Shown here one piece after another: positions 8,877 to 19,110 of a stretch of 61,529 nt of DNA. The translations under genes and the position numbers were made by a program. The stretch spans positions 1 to 61,529 of the IMG/VR virus record IMGVR_UViG_3300043775_000604. The stretch is one strand, 5' to 3'. The notes below the pieces were generated by a model. The model was not told the origin of the DNA and searched no databases. It was given only the letters and a program-made list of their open reading frames with translations. The stretch is from a virus. Lineage: Duplodnaviria > Caudoviricetes. Numbering within the stretch: the first letter of the stretch is position 1; each line of letters begins with the position of its first letter.

Positions 8877-11098
8877 TGTACGAACAAACTTTATATAAAG
8901 AGATCAACGATCATATTAGACCAAACATAATAAAGCAAAAGAATAGACACAATAAATGGGAGTATGGTTATAACAAAGAATTTGATGTTGTTGTTATAAG
9001 CCGCACTGGTAAAATCGGAGAGATATACGAAATACAGAATCTTAAGATTGCATTACCATTAATTGAAAGCTCTTATAAAAGATCGAATAAACAAGAAGAT
9101 CAATATTGGGAACAGTTAAATATACCAAAGGAGATCTCGAAAATAAAAAATGTTTTTGATTGGAACAAATATCCGGATGCTTTTAAGGAACGCTGGTATG
9201 ACTACATCGATCAAGAATTTAAACACAGAGAAGAAGGATTTTCATTTTATAATAATGGTAAACCTACTTATATAACAGGTACACATTATATGTACTTGCA
9301 ATGGAGCAAGATAGACGTTGGGGCTCCCGATTTCAGGGAATCTAATAGATTGTTCTTCATATTTTGGGAAGCATGTAAAGCTGATAATAGATGTTATGGT
9401 ATGTCTTATTTAAAGAATAGACGTTCTGGATTTTCATTTATGTCTTCAGCTGAGCTAGTTAATCAAGCAACTATATCAAGTGATTCTAGATATGGTATAT
9501 TATCAAAGTCTGGGGCAGATGCTAAAAAGATGTTTACAGATAAGGTTGTGCCTATATCAATAAATTATCCATTCTTTTTCAAACCTATCCAGGACGGTAT
9601 GGATAGACCTAAAACAGAATTAGCTTATAGAATACCTGCATCAAAACTTACGCGTAAGAAACTTGATACAAATGAAAAGCTAGAAGAGCTCGACGGTTTA
9701 GATACTACTATTGACTGGAAGAATACCGGTGATAACTCTTATGATGGTGAAAAACTAAAACTATTAGTACACGACGAGAGTGGTAAATGGGAAAGACCAG
9801 ACAATATATTAAATAACTGGAGGGTTACAAAAACCTGTTTGCGTTTAGGGGCTAGGATCATTGGTAAATGTATGATGGGTTCTACTTCGAACGCTTTAGA
9901 TAAAGGAGGAGAAAACTTTAAAAAACTTTATTATGATTCAGACGTTACGAAAAGAAACCGCAATGGACAGACTGCTTCAGGATTATATAGTTTGTTCATA
10001 CCTATGGAATGGTCGTACGAGGGATTCATTGATACTTATGGGTTACCTGTATTCGATACTCCAAAAAAACCAGTAAAAGGAGTTGATGGTAGGCTTATTG
10101 AAATGGGGGTAATAGAGCATTGGCAGAATGAAGTTGAAGGTTTAAAAAACAACTCAGATGCTTTAAATGAATATTATAGACAGTTCCCACGTACAGAGCA
10201 ACATGCTTTTAGAGATGAAGCTAAACAATCATTATTCAATCTTACTAAGATATACGAACAGATAGATTATAACGATGATCTAAGAAATACAAACGTTATC
10301 ACACGCGGTAGTTTTCAATGGGAGAACGGTATACAAGATTCAAAAGTAATGTTTTATCCAAATAAAGACGGTAGATTTTTAATTAGCTGGATTCCCGATA
10401 AATACTTACAAAACCGCGTAATAATAAAAGATGGGATTAAATACCCAGGAAATGAACACTGTGGAGCATTTGGCTGCGATAGTTATGATATATCAGGAAC
10501 AGTGGATTCTAGAGGTTCTAACGGGGCTTTACATGGCTTAACTAAGTTTTCAATGGAAAACATACCTCCTAATCATTTCTTTTTAGAATATGTAGCTAGA
10601 CCGCAAACTGCTGAGATATTCTTTGAAGAAGTTCTAATGGCTTGTGTCTTTTACGGTATGCCAATATTAGCAGAAAATAATAAAGCTAGATTACTATATT
10701 ATTTTAAGAGAAGAGGGTATAGAGGATTTTCCATGAATAGACCTGATAAAGTTTGGAATAAATTATCACCAACAGAGAAAGAGATTGGTGGTATACCTAA
10801 CTCAGGGCAGGATATTATACAAGCTCATGCAGCAGCCATTGAAACCTATATAGAGAACCACGTTGGTATACAAGGAGATAATCACGGTGATATGTACTTT
10901 CAAAGAACATTAAATGATTGGGCAAGATTTAATATAAACGATAGAACGAAGCATGATGCTTCTATTAGTTCTGGTTTGGCTATTATGGCTTGCAATAGAC
11001 ACATGTATTCTCCTGTTTATGAAACAGCTAAACGACAAGTTCCGTTGAATTTCAAGAAATATAATAATAGTGGAAATACTTCAAAAATAATACAATAA
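8876..11098 (+). CDS. terL: Terminase large subunit
   Basis: LKNRRSGFS Walker A variant, LLVHDESGKW Walker B, FGCDSYD nuclease Asp, C-terminal HDASISSGLA. Confidence 0.92.
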   Translation: MYEQTLYKEINDHIRPNIIKQKNRHNKWEYGYNKEFDVVVISRTGKIGEIYEIQNLKIALPLIESSYKRSNKQEDQYWEQLNIPKEISKIKNVFDWNKYPDAFKERWYDYIDQEFKHREEGFSFYNNGKPTYITGTHYMYLQWSKIDVGAPDFRESNRLFFIFWEACKADNRCYGMSYLKNRRSGFSFMSSAELVNQATISSDSRYGILSKSGADAKKMFTDKVVPISINYPFFFKPIQDGMDRPKTELAYRIPASKLTRKKLDTNEKLEELDGLDTTIDWKNTGDNSYDGEKLKLLVHDESGKWERPDNILNNWRVTKTCLRLGARIIGKCMMGSTSNALDKGGENFKKLYYDSDVTKRNRNGQTASGLYSLFIPMEWSYEGFIDTYGLPVFDTPKKPVKGVDGRLIEMGVIEHWQNEVEGLKNNSDALNEYYRQFPRTEQHAFRDEAKQSLFNLTKIYEQIDYNDDLRNTNVITRGSFQWENGIQDSKVMFYPNKDGRFLISWIPDKYLQNRVIIKDGIKYPGNEHCGAFGCDSYDISGTVDSRGSNGALHGLTKFSMENIPPNHFFLEYVARPQTAEIFFEEVLMACVFYGMPILAENNKARLLYYFKRRGYRGFSMNRPDKVWNKLSPTEKEIGGIPNSGQDIIQAHAAAIETYIENHVGIQGDNHGDMYFQRTLNDWARFNINDRTKHDASISSGLAIMACNRHMYSPVYETAKRQVPLNFKKYNNSGNTSKIIQ

Positions 11099-13501
11099 AT
11101 GATTTATACTAATAGCAATAGTTCTTTTCCAAGTCAGGTAGTACCTGATCAAGTGAAACAAACATTAGAATACGGAGCACTTGTTGGAAGAGCTATAGAA
11201 AACGAATGGTTTAGAGGAGACCGTGTTGGAGGAGCTGGTAACGATAGATTCGGTTCTAACTGGCAAAACTTTCATAGGTTAAGACTTTATGCAAGGGGAG
11301 AACAGCCTATACAAAAATACAAAGATGAATTATCTATAAACGGTGATTTATCTTATTTGAATTTAGATTGGAAACCTATTCCTATTTTACCTAAATTCGT
11401 TGATATTGTTGTTAATGGTATATCTAACAAAAGCTATAGTATAAAAGCTTATGCACAAGATCCAGCGTCTACAAAAGCTAAAACAGATTATGCTGCTAGT
11501 ATAATAAGAGACATGATGGCTCGTGATTTCTTAGATGAAATACAAACTAAATTAGGTGTAAACTTATATAATACAAACGATCCTAAAAACTTACCAGAGT
11601 CTACTGAAGAATTAGAAATGAGACTTCAGCTTGACTATAAACCATCTATTGAGATTGCAGAGGAAGAAGTTATAAACCAAGTATTAGCTACTAATAAATA
11701 TGATTTAATCGCAAAGAGACTTAATTATGATCTAACTGTTATTGGTATTGCATGTGCTAAGACCTCGTGGAATCCAGCTAATGGTATAGTTATTGATTAC
11801 GTTGATCCAGCTAACTTGGTATACTCTTATACAGAGGATCCAAACTTTGAGGATGTATATTATGTTGGTGAAGTAAAAGCGATAAGCCTAGAAGAATTAA
11901 AAAAGCAATTTCCTTATTTGTCTAATGATGAATTAAAAGAGATTGAAAAATATCCTGGAGATATGAATTACATTCGTAACTATCCAGGGCAAAGTATGGA
12001 CAATACAACTGTGCAGGTTTTATATTTCGAATACAAGACATATTCAAATCAAGTATTTAAAATAAAACAAACAGAACAAGGGATGGAAAAAGCTATTGAG
12101 AAAGATGATAGCTTTGATCCGCCAGAAAGTGATAACTTCAAAAGAGTATCAAGAAGCATCGAAGTTTTATACACAGGAGCTAAAATCCTTGGGTATGAGA
12201 AAATGCTAGAATGGAAGTTAGCTGAGAATATGACGCGCCCATTTGCTGATACGACTAAAGTGCAGATGAATTATAATATCTGTGCGCCTAGAATGTATAA
12301 AGGTAGAATTGAATCATTAGTAAGTAGAACTACTACTTTTGCTGATATGATCCAGTTAACACACCTTAAGTTACAACAGGTATTAGCTAGAATGGTTCCA
12401 GATGGAGTATTCGTTGATGTCGATGGTTTAGCTGAAGTTGATTTAGGTAATGGAACAAATTACAATCCAGCAGAAGCGCTTAATATGTATTTCCAAACGG
12501 GTAGTATCGTTGGTAGATCCATGTCACAAGATGGTGGAGTTAACCAAGGTAAAGTGCCAATTCAAGAATTACAAACATCAAACGGTAACGCTAAGATACA
12601 AGCGCTTATAGGTACATACCAGTACTACTTACAAATGATCCGTGATGTTACCGGATTGAATGAAGCTAGAGATGGAAGTACGCCTGATAAAGATGCTTTA
12701 GTTGGATTACAGAAAATGGCAGCTGCTAATTCTAATACAGCTACACGTCACATAAAAGATGCTAGTTTATATTTAACATTGAGAACATGTGAAAATATAT
12801 CATTGAGAATATCTGATTCACTTAATTTCCCATTGACAAGACAATCTTTAATAGAGAGTATATCTTTGTTCAATGTGGAAACATTAAAAGAGATTGAGAA
12901 TTTGAACATCCACGATTTTGGCATCTTCTTAGAGCTAGAACCAGAAGAAGAGGAAAGAGCAGCCTTCGAAAGAAATGTGCAAATAGCTTTACAAGCGGGT
13001 AATATAGATCTTGAAGATGTTATTGACTTGAATCAGATAAGTAACATTGGATTAGCTAATCAAGCTTTAAAATTCAAGAAGAAGAAAAAGCAAGAAAGAG
13101 ATCAAGCTAATCAACAAGAAATGATTAGAGCACAAAGCGAAGCGCAAGCACAAGCATCAGAAGCAGCTGCAATGGCGGAGGTACAGAAAAGAGAAGCTTT
13201 AGCGCAAACAGAAATACAAGTATTACAATCTAAGTCTCAATTTGAGATGCAAAGAATGATGCAAGAAATGTCTATAAAGAAACAACTTATGGCAGAACAA
13301 TTCAAATATGATTTGGAGCTTGCAAAACTTCAAGTAGATATTGCTAATAAAAAATTACAACAAGCAGAAGATCGTAAAGATCAAAGAACTAAGATACAAG
13401 CAACACAGCAATCAGAATTAATTGAGCAAAGAAAGAATAATACGATGCCAAAAGATTTTGAGAACTCAGGAGTAGATACACTCGACTTAGGTCTTATGTA
13501 A
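11099..13501 (+). CDS. Portal protein
   Basis: 800 aa right after terL; PILPKFVDIVVNG, RDVTGLNEARDG; C-terminal Q/E-rich coiled coil. Confidence 0.85.
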   Translation: MIYTNSNSSFPSQVVPDQVKQTLEYGALVGRAIENEWFRGDRVGGAGNDRFGSNWQNFHRLRLYARGEQPIQKYKDELSINGDLSYLNLDWKPIPILPKFVDIVVNGISNKSYSIKAYAQDPASTKAKTDYAASIIRDMMARDFLDEIQTKLGVNLYNTNDPKNLPESTEELEMRLQLDYKPSIEIAEEEVINQVLATNKYDLIAKRLNYDLTVIGIACAKTSWNPANGIVIDYVDPANLVYSYTEDPNFEDVYYVGEVKAISLEELKKQFPYLSNDELKEIEKYPGDMNYIRNYPGQSMDNTTVQVLYFEYKTYSNQVFKIKQTEQGMEKAIEKDDSFDPPESDNFKRVSRSIEVLYTGAKILGYEKMLEWKLAENMTRPFADTTKVQMNYNICAPRMYKGRIESLVSRTTTFADMIQLTHLKLQQVLARMVPDGVFVDVDGLAEVDLGNGTNYNPAEALNMYFQTGSIVGRSMSQDGGVNQGKVPIQELQTSNGNAKIQALIGTYQYYLQMIRDVTGLNEARDGSTPDKDALVGLQKMAAANSNTATRHIKDASLYLTLRTCENISLRISDSLNFPLTRQSLIESISLFNVETLKEIENLNIHDFGIFLELEPEEEERAAFERNVQIALQAGNIDLEDVIDLNQISNIGLANQALKFKKKKKQERDQANQQEMIRAQSEAQAQASEAAAMAEVQKREALAQTEIQVLQSKSQFEMQRMMQEMSIKKQLMAEQFKYDLELAKLQVDIANKKLQQAEDRKDQRTKIQATQQSELIEQRKNNTMPKDFENSGVDTLDLGLM

Positions 13502-13531
13502 AAATATTAACCAATTATATATTATTATATT

Positions 13532-14722
13532 ATGTCAGAACAAGTAAAACAAGAAGGAAGTTTTAAAATGCAAAAACCAAAACCCGCTGCTAGAAAGTTA
13601 AATAAACCTGCAGTGGTTACAAAAGTTGATTTACAAACTAAACCAGAAGATAATGCCATTCAAGAGCAAAACACAAATGCAGGCGTGCTGGGCAATGAAG
13701 TCACCAAAGTGGAATTGCCAAAAGTGGATGAAAGAAACACCGAACCCGCAATCATTACCCAAAGCATTGAAGCGCCAGCCGAAGAAGTAACTCATATTAA
13801 TGTAATCCAAGAGATTTCAGAAGAAGAGGTTATTGCTAGTTCAAAAGAATTAGAACAAGAAGCAGCTGCAGCTGTTAGTGTGGCAGAAAGCACTGGTAAG
13901 CAATTACCAGAGAACATTGAGAAGTTGATTTCATTTATGGAAGATACTGGAGGAACAGTTGAGGACTATGTTAGATTGAATGCTGATTACTCAAATGTTA
14001 ACAATGAATTATTATTAAAAGAATACTATAAAAAAACAAGACCTCATCTTAACGAGGAAGAAATTGATTTCCTAATGGATGATCGATTTGCATACGATGA
14101 AGACGAGGACGATGAACGCGATATCCGTAAAAAGAAATTAGCGTTTAAAGAAGAAGTTGCAAAAGCTAAGGGGTTTCTTGAAGATCTTAAAGAAAAATAC
14201 TACGAGGAAGTAAAGTTACGACCAAGTGTAAATAAGGATCAACAAAAAGCACTTGACTTTTTCAATAGATATCAAAAAGAGCAAGAAGTTGTGGAAGATC
14301 AACATTTAAAGTTTAAGAACGACACAAAGAGTTTTTTCTCACAAGATTTCAAAGGTTTTGATTTCAAATTAGGTGAAAAGAATTTTAGATATGGAGTTCA
14401 GAACACAGATGTTGTAGCAGATAAGCAATCGAATATTACTAACTTAGTCAAGAAGTTCTTGAATGATAAAGGAGAAGTAACAGATTTGAAAGGTTATCAC
14501 AAAGCAATGTATGCTGCAGAAAACGTAGATACTTTGGCTAATCATTTTTATGAACAAGGCAAAGCAGATGCTATTAAAGAAATTACTGCAAAATCAAATA
14601 ATATTACGACCGCTCCAAGGCAAACTGCAAGTGGTGAAATATTTGTAAATGGTTTTAAAGTTAAAGCAATTAATGGTGTGGACTCTACAAAATTAAAAAT
14701 AAAGAGTAAATTTAACAACTAA
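13532..14722 (+). CDS. Putative capsid scaffolding protein
   Basis: Acidic, coiled-coil, between portal and capsid genes. Confidence 0.6.
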   Translation: MSEQVKQEGSFKMQKPKPAARKLNKPAVVTKVDLQTKPEDNAIQEQNTNAGVLGNEVTKVELPKVDERNTEPAIITQSIEAPAEEVTHINVIQEISEEEVIASSKELEQEAAAAVSVAESTGKQLPENIEKLISFMEDTGGTVEDYVRLNADYSNVNNELLLKEYYKKTRPHLNEEEIDFLMDDRFAYDEDEDDERDIRKKKLAFKEEVAKAKGFLEDLKEKYYEEVKLRPSVNKDQQKALDFFNRYQKEQEVVEDQHLKFKNDTKSFFSQDFKGFDFKLGEKNFRYGVQNTDVVADKQSNITNLVKKFLNDKGEVTDLKGYHKAMYAAENVDTLANHFYEQGKADAIKEITAKSNNITTAPRQTASGEIFVNGFKVKAINGVDSTKLKIKSKFNN

Positions 14723-14734
14723 AATTAAAAAACT

Positions 14735-16186
14735 ATGGCAAATATCACGCCTAACTTTGGGACCATTAAACCGTCTCAGAAGCAACAAGCTTTAGAAACA
14801 AACTATTTAAACTTTACGGATCCTAATAATGCGGATTTCGTATCTTTCGCACAACAATATTTACCTGAAATCTACGAACAAGAAGTAGAGCGTTATGGTA
14901 ATAGAACATTATCAGGATTCTTACGCATGGTAGGAGCTGAGATGCCAATGGCTTCAGATCAGGTTATTTGGTCAGAACAAAATAGATTACACATTGCTTA
15001 TACAGGAGTTGATGTAACAAGTGCCGCCGCTAATACATTACTTATCCCTGTAAATTTAACGCCATCTGATCCTAAAGATTTCGTACAAAACGTTATTTCT
15101 ATTAATCAGACTATCGTTATTATGAATCCTGATACAGGATTAGAGGTTAAAGCTATTGTTACTGCTAGTAACGTTACTACTGGCGCATTAACCGTTGCTC
15201 CTTATACTGCTGCTACATTAGCCGCTGCTGGTTTTACAGATTCTATGGACGATTTGAAAATCTTTGTTTATGGTTCTGAATACAAAAAAGGATCTACATT
15301 AACAGGAGACAACTATACAAGCATCGAACCAAGCTTTACTCAATTTTCTAACTCACCTATCATTATCCGTAACAAATATGTTGTTAATGGATCTGATACA
15401 GCTCAAATTGGATGGGTAGAGATTGCTACTGAAGATGGTGCTGGTGGATTCATGTGGTATTTAAAAGCAGAATCTGAAACAAGATTACGTTTCGAAGACT
15501 ACCTAGAAATGTCTGTTGTTGAAGGTGAATTAGCTGCTGCTGGATCAGCTGCTTTGGCTGCTGGTAAAAAAGGTACACAAGGTCTTTTTGCTGCTGTAGA
15601 AGAAAGAGGTAATGTATTAAACAACTTCTCTGCTGCTGCTGGTTTAACTGAGTTTGATTCAATCTTAAGAAACTTAGATACTCAAGGAGCTATTGAAGAG
15701 AACATGTTATTCTTAAACCGCCAAACTTCATTAGATTTTGATGATATGTTAGCTGCTTTATCTTCTGGTGCTGCTGGAGGTGTTGCTTACGGTTTATTCG
15801 AAAACTCTGAAGAGATGGCATTAAACTTAGGATTTGCAGGTTTCCGTAGAGGATCTTATGATTTCTACAAAACTGACTGGAAATACTTAAATGATGCATC
15901 GACTCGTGGAGGTATGCTTAAATCTGCAATTGATGGAGTTTTAGTTCCAGCTGGTACTTCAACTGTTTACGATCAAATCTTAGGAACAAACATTCGTAGA
16001 CCATTCTTACACGTTCGTTATAGAGCTTCACAAGCTGATGACCGTAGAATGAAATCTTGGGTGCTTGGATCTGTTGGTGGCGCTTACACTTCTGACTTAG
16101 ATGCAATGGAGGTAAACTTCTTATCAGAAAGATGTTTATGTGTTCAAGGTGCTAATAACTTCGTGTTATTCACATCTATCGGATAA
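14735..16186 (+). CDS. Major capsid protein
   Basis: 483 aa, position after scaffold, biased codon usage (GCT/GGT/TCT), followed by strong hairpin. Confidence 0.85.
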   Translation: MANITPNFGTIKPSQKQQALETNYLNFTDPNNADFVSFAQQYLPEIYEQEVERYGNRTLSGFLRMVGAEMPMASDQVIWSEQNRLHIAYTGVDVTSAAANTLLIPVNLTPSDPKDFVQNVISINQTIVIMNPDTGLEVKAIVTASNVTTGALTVAPYTAATLAAAGFTDSMDDLKIFVYGSEYKKGSTLTGDNYTSIEPSFTQFSNSPIIIRNKYVVNGSDTAQIGWVEIATEDGAGGFMWYLKAESETRLRFEDYLEMSVVEGELAAAGSAALAAGKKGTQGLFAAVEERGNVLNNFSAAAGLTEFDSILRNLDTQGAIEENMLFLNRQTSLDFDDMLAALSSGAAGGVAYGLFENSEEMALNLGFAGFRRGSYDFYKTDWKYLNDASTRGGMLKSAIDGVLVPAGTSTVYDQILGTNIRRPFLHVRYRASQADDRRMKSWVLGSVGGAYTSDLDAMEVNFLSERCLCVQGANNFVLFTSIG

Positions 16187-16200
16187 TCCAAATAAATACT

Positions 16201-16246
16201 GTAAATTTTACCCCTGTTGTACATACGGGGGTAATCTTTACCTTTT
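16201..16246 (+). terminator. Rho-independent terminator after capsid gene
   Basis: TTACCCCTGT / ACGGGGGTAA stem, extended by GTAAA/TTTAC, then T-rich tract. Confidence 0.7.
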
Positions 16247-16271
16247 ACAAATTAACTAATTATATTATATC

Positions 16272-17036
16272 ATGTCAAAACAAACAAAAACAGAACCTCA
16301 AGTATGGGAGGTAAAAGATAGAACATATTTATTAATGGGACCACATAGTCCATTAACATACACAATTTCGTCAAGACATTCAAGGAGATTTCCTTTATTA
16401 TGGTTTGATGAAGATAAAAAAGAACAAAGAGAATTAAGATATGCAACTAATCAGAACTCACCATTTGTAGATGAACAAAAAGGAGAAGCAACATTAGGGC
16501 ATATTATGTTCAAGGACGGAGTATTAACCGTTCCAAAAGACAAGCAAAATTTACAAAAGTTATTATCACTTTATCATCCGATGCTAAATAGAAAGTACAA
16601 AGAATTTGATTCCGTACTTATAGCAGTTGATGAACTTGATTCATTAGAAACAGAACTAGAAGCAATGAATGCAGCGCAATCAATGGACATTGATCAAGCT
16701 GAATCAATCTTGAGAGTAGAGATTGGATCTAAGGTGTCTAAGATGACTTCTAAGGAGATAAAAAGAGACTTAATGATATTTGCTAAAAGAAACCCATATT
16801 TATTCTTAGATTTGGTTAATGACGAAAATATTCAGCTACGCAATTTTGCTATTAAAGCATGTGAAGCTAACATTATAAAGTTGTCAGATGATCAGCGTGA
16901 TTTTAAATGGTCGTCAAACGGCAAGAAGCTAATGACAGTACCTTTTGATGAAAATCCGTATTCGGCTATGGCAGCATTTTTTAAGACAGACGAGGGTATA
17001 GAGATCTTTCAGTCTATTGAGAAAAAACTTCAATAA
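16272..17036 (+). CDS. Conserved hypothetical protein of the head module
   Basis: 254 aa after MCP. Confidence 0.7.
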   Translation: MSKQTKTEPQVWEVKDRTYLLMGPHSPLTYTISSRHSRRFPLLWFDEDKKEQRELRYATNQNSPFVDEQKGEATLGHIMFKDGVLTVPKDKQNLQKLLSLYHPMLNRKYKEFDSVLIAVDELDSLETELEAMNAAQSMDIDQAESILRVEIGSKVSKMTSKEIKRDLMIFAKRNPYLFLDLVNDENIQLRNFAIKACEANIIKLSDDQRDFKWSSNGKKLMTVPFDENPYSAMAAFFKTDEGIEIFQSIEKKLQ

Positions 17037-17113
17037 CACGTAATACTAATATATGGGCGGCTATTGCGTAGATAAACGTGGTAGCTGCCTAAATATTATA
17101 ATAAAAACAAACA

Positions 17114-17866
17114 ATGGCAATAAACGTAGATACAGTTTACAAGACAGTACTTTCTATTCTTAATAAAGAGCAGAGAGGCTATATGACTCCAGATGAGTTT
17201 AACAAAGTAGCAACACAGGTTCAATTAGAGATATTTGAATCTTATTTTGATGATTTAAACCAACAATTAAGGATTCCTCAATCTAATACGGAATATGCCG
17301 ATAGACAAAAGAATATAGACAGTATGTTATCTATATTCAAAACATTTGGTTCCTGCACTAAACCTATGGGAGCAGACTATTTTGTGGTGCCTTCTAATCT
17401 ACACAAGTTAGGTACCGTTATATATAAAGATGAAATAGAAATAGAAAGGGTTCAAAAAGATCAATTAATATATCTTAATTTATCACCTCTTACAAAGCCA
17501 ACAAAACAATTTCCAGTATACTTATACGAGAACGCTACATTAGGGGTTGCAGGTACAGCAGCAACATTACCTCGTATATATGTTCATCCAAGAGATATAA
17601 CATTAGCCGCGGATATAAGTGTTTCTTATATTAGAAAACCGGTAGATGTTGTGTGGGGTTATACTGGTATAGGAGGAGTCACTTGGACAAATGGACCATA
17701 CATATATTCTGCTAGTAATTCTGTTCAATTTGACTTAGATGCAGCAGAACAAACTAATGTTATAACTAAGATATTATTATATGCTGGTGTTATAGTAAGA
17801 GACCCTGAGATTGTACAAATAGCAGCTCAGAAATCACAACAAGAAGAAAATAACTCTAAAAACTAA
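17114..17866 (+). CDS. Putative tail ring / head-tail adaptor protein
   Basis: ILNKEQRGYMTPDEFN...Q and SYIRKP motifs recalled from crAss-like ring proteins. Confidence 0.65.
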   Translation: MAINVDTVYKTVLSILNKEQRGYMTPDEFNKVATQVQLEIFESYFDDLNQQLRIPQSNTEYADRQKNIDSMLSIFKTFGSCTKPMGADYFVVPSNLHKLGTVIYKDEIEIERVQKDQLIYLNLSPLTKPTKQFPVYLYENATLGVAGTAATLPRIYVHPRDITLAADISVSYIRKPVDVVWGYTGIGGVTWTNGPYIYSASNSVQFDLDAAEQTNVITKILLYAGVIVRDPEIVQIAAQKSQQEENNSKN

Positions 17867-17871
17867 AATAT

Positions 17872-19104
17872 ATGCCAATGCCTAATGGCGGTTTAATTAC
17901 CGAAACAAATAGACAATATTACGAAGGAGCACAAGGCTTTATAACTGTAGATGAGGCCACCGAATATGTTACTACTTTTAATACCAACTTGGTTTTTGGC
18001 AGTTGGGATCCCGATAATATAAATTACGCTTTAAATAATTTTAAATTATACACTAGTCCTACTGGATCGCCAGGAACTTTTGAAGAGTACACGTCATCTT
18101 ATAACGTTATTAATAACACAATTATATTTTCGCTTGCTCCAAGTGATGGAACTTATATAGTTGTTCAATTAAAAATATTAGATGGGGGTAATTACGGCGA
18201 CGAAGATGCTTTTGGAAATATTGTAGAGGAGAACTATGGAGGATACCAATACACAAAGTTAAGCGATGTAATAAATAGTTTTATTGTTGCTTACGTTGGT
18301 AATGGCAAATTAATACCAGATGTAAAAAGAACAGATGTAATATTCCATGCTAAGCGAGCTATGCAGGAATTTAGTTATGATACATTGAAAAGTATCAAAT
18401 CACAAGAGTTAACTATCCCTCATTCTTTGAGCGTTGTACTACCACAGGATTATGTAAACTATGTAGGTGTTTATTGGATCGATAGACAAGGCGTAAAGCA
18501 TCCAATTTATCCAGCTAATAACTTAACCTCTAATCCATCAGAAGCTCCTTTACAGGACGATAGAGGAGTTCCTACGCAGGACCAATTTAATAACAACATC
18601 GAAACTGAACCAATAATAGAGGAAAGATGGAGAAGAGCCGATACGGAATTATTAAATGGTACATACCTAGCTAATGGTTGGGGAGCAGATAATGATTTTG
18701 GTGGTTGGTATTATGGAATGGATAATTTCGGAGCTGTAGGTAGACAATATGGATTAGACCCACAATATGCACAAGGCAACGGATGGTTTACTATAAATGA
18801 TAGAGAGGGTAAAATGTCTTTTTCTAGCAATCTACATAAGATGATAATTACATTGGATTATATATCAGATGGATTAGCGTATGATTTAGACTCTAGAGTA
18901 CCTAAAATGGCAGAAGAAGCAATGTATGCTTATATACTGCACGCAATAGTATCTACAAGAAGAGATTCACCAGAATATCTTGTGCAAAGATTGAATAGAG
19001 AAAAGTTTGCTAAATTAAGAAATGCTAAAATACGTTTATCTAATATCAAGTTACATGAGATTGTACAGGTTATGAGAGGTAAATCAAAATGGATTAAACA
19101 CTAA
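17872..19104 (+). CDS. Putative tail ring / tubular protein
   Basis: AKRAMQEFSYD, LPQDYVNYV, LDYISDG, VPKMAEEAMYAYI. Confidence 0.65.
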   Translation: MPMPNGGLITETNRQYYEGAQGFITVDEATEYVTTFNTNLVFGSWDPDNINYALNNFKLYTSPTGSPGTFEEYTSSYNVINNTIIFSLAPSDGTYIVVQLKILDGGNYGDEDAFGNIVEENYGGYQYTKLSDVINSFIVAYVGNGKLIPDVKRTDVIFHAKRAMQEFSYDTLKSIKSQELTIPHSLSVVLPQDYVNYVGVYWIDRQGVKHPIYPANNLTSNPSEAPLQDDRGVPTQDQFNNNIETEPIIEERWRRADTELLNGTYLANGWGADNDFGGWYYGMDNFGAVGRQYGLDPQYAQGNGWFTINDREGKMSFSSNLHKMIITLDYISDGLAYDLDSRVPKMAEEAMYAYILHAIVSTRRDSPEYLVQRLNREKFAKLRNAKIRLSNIKLHEIVQVMRGKSKWIKH

Positions 19105-19110
19105 AATATA

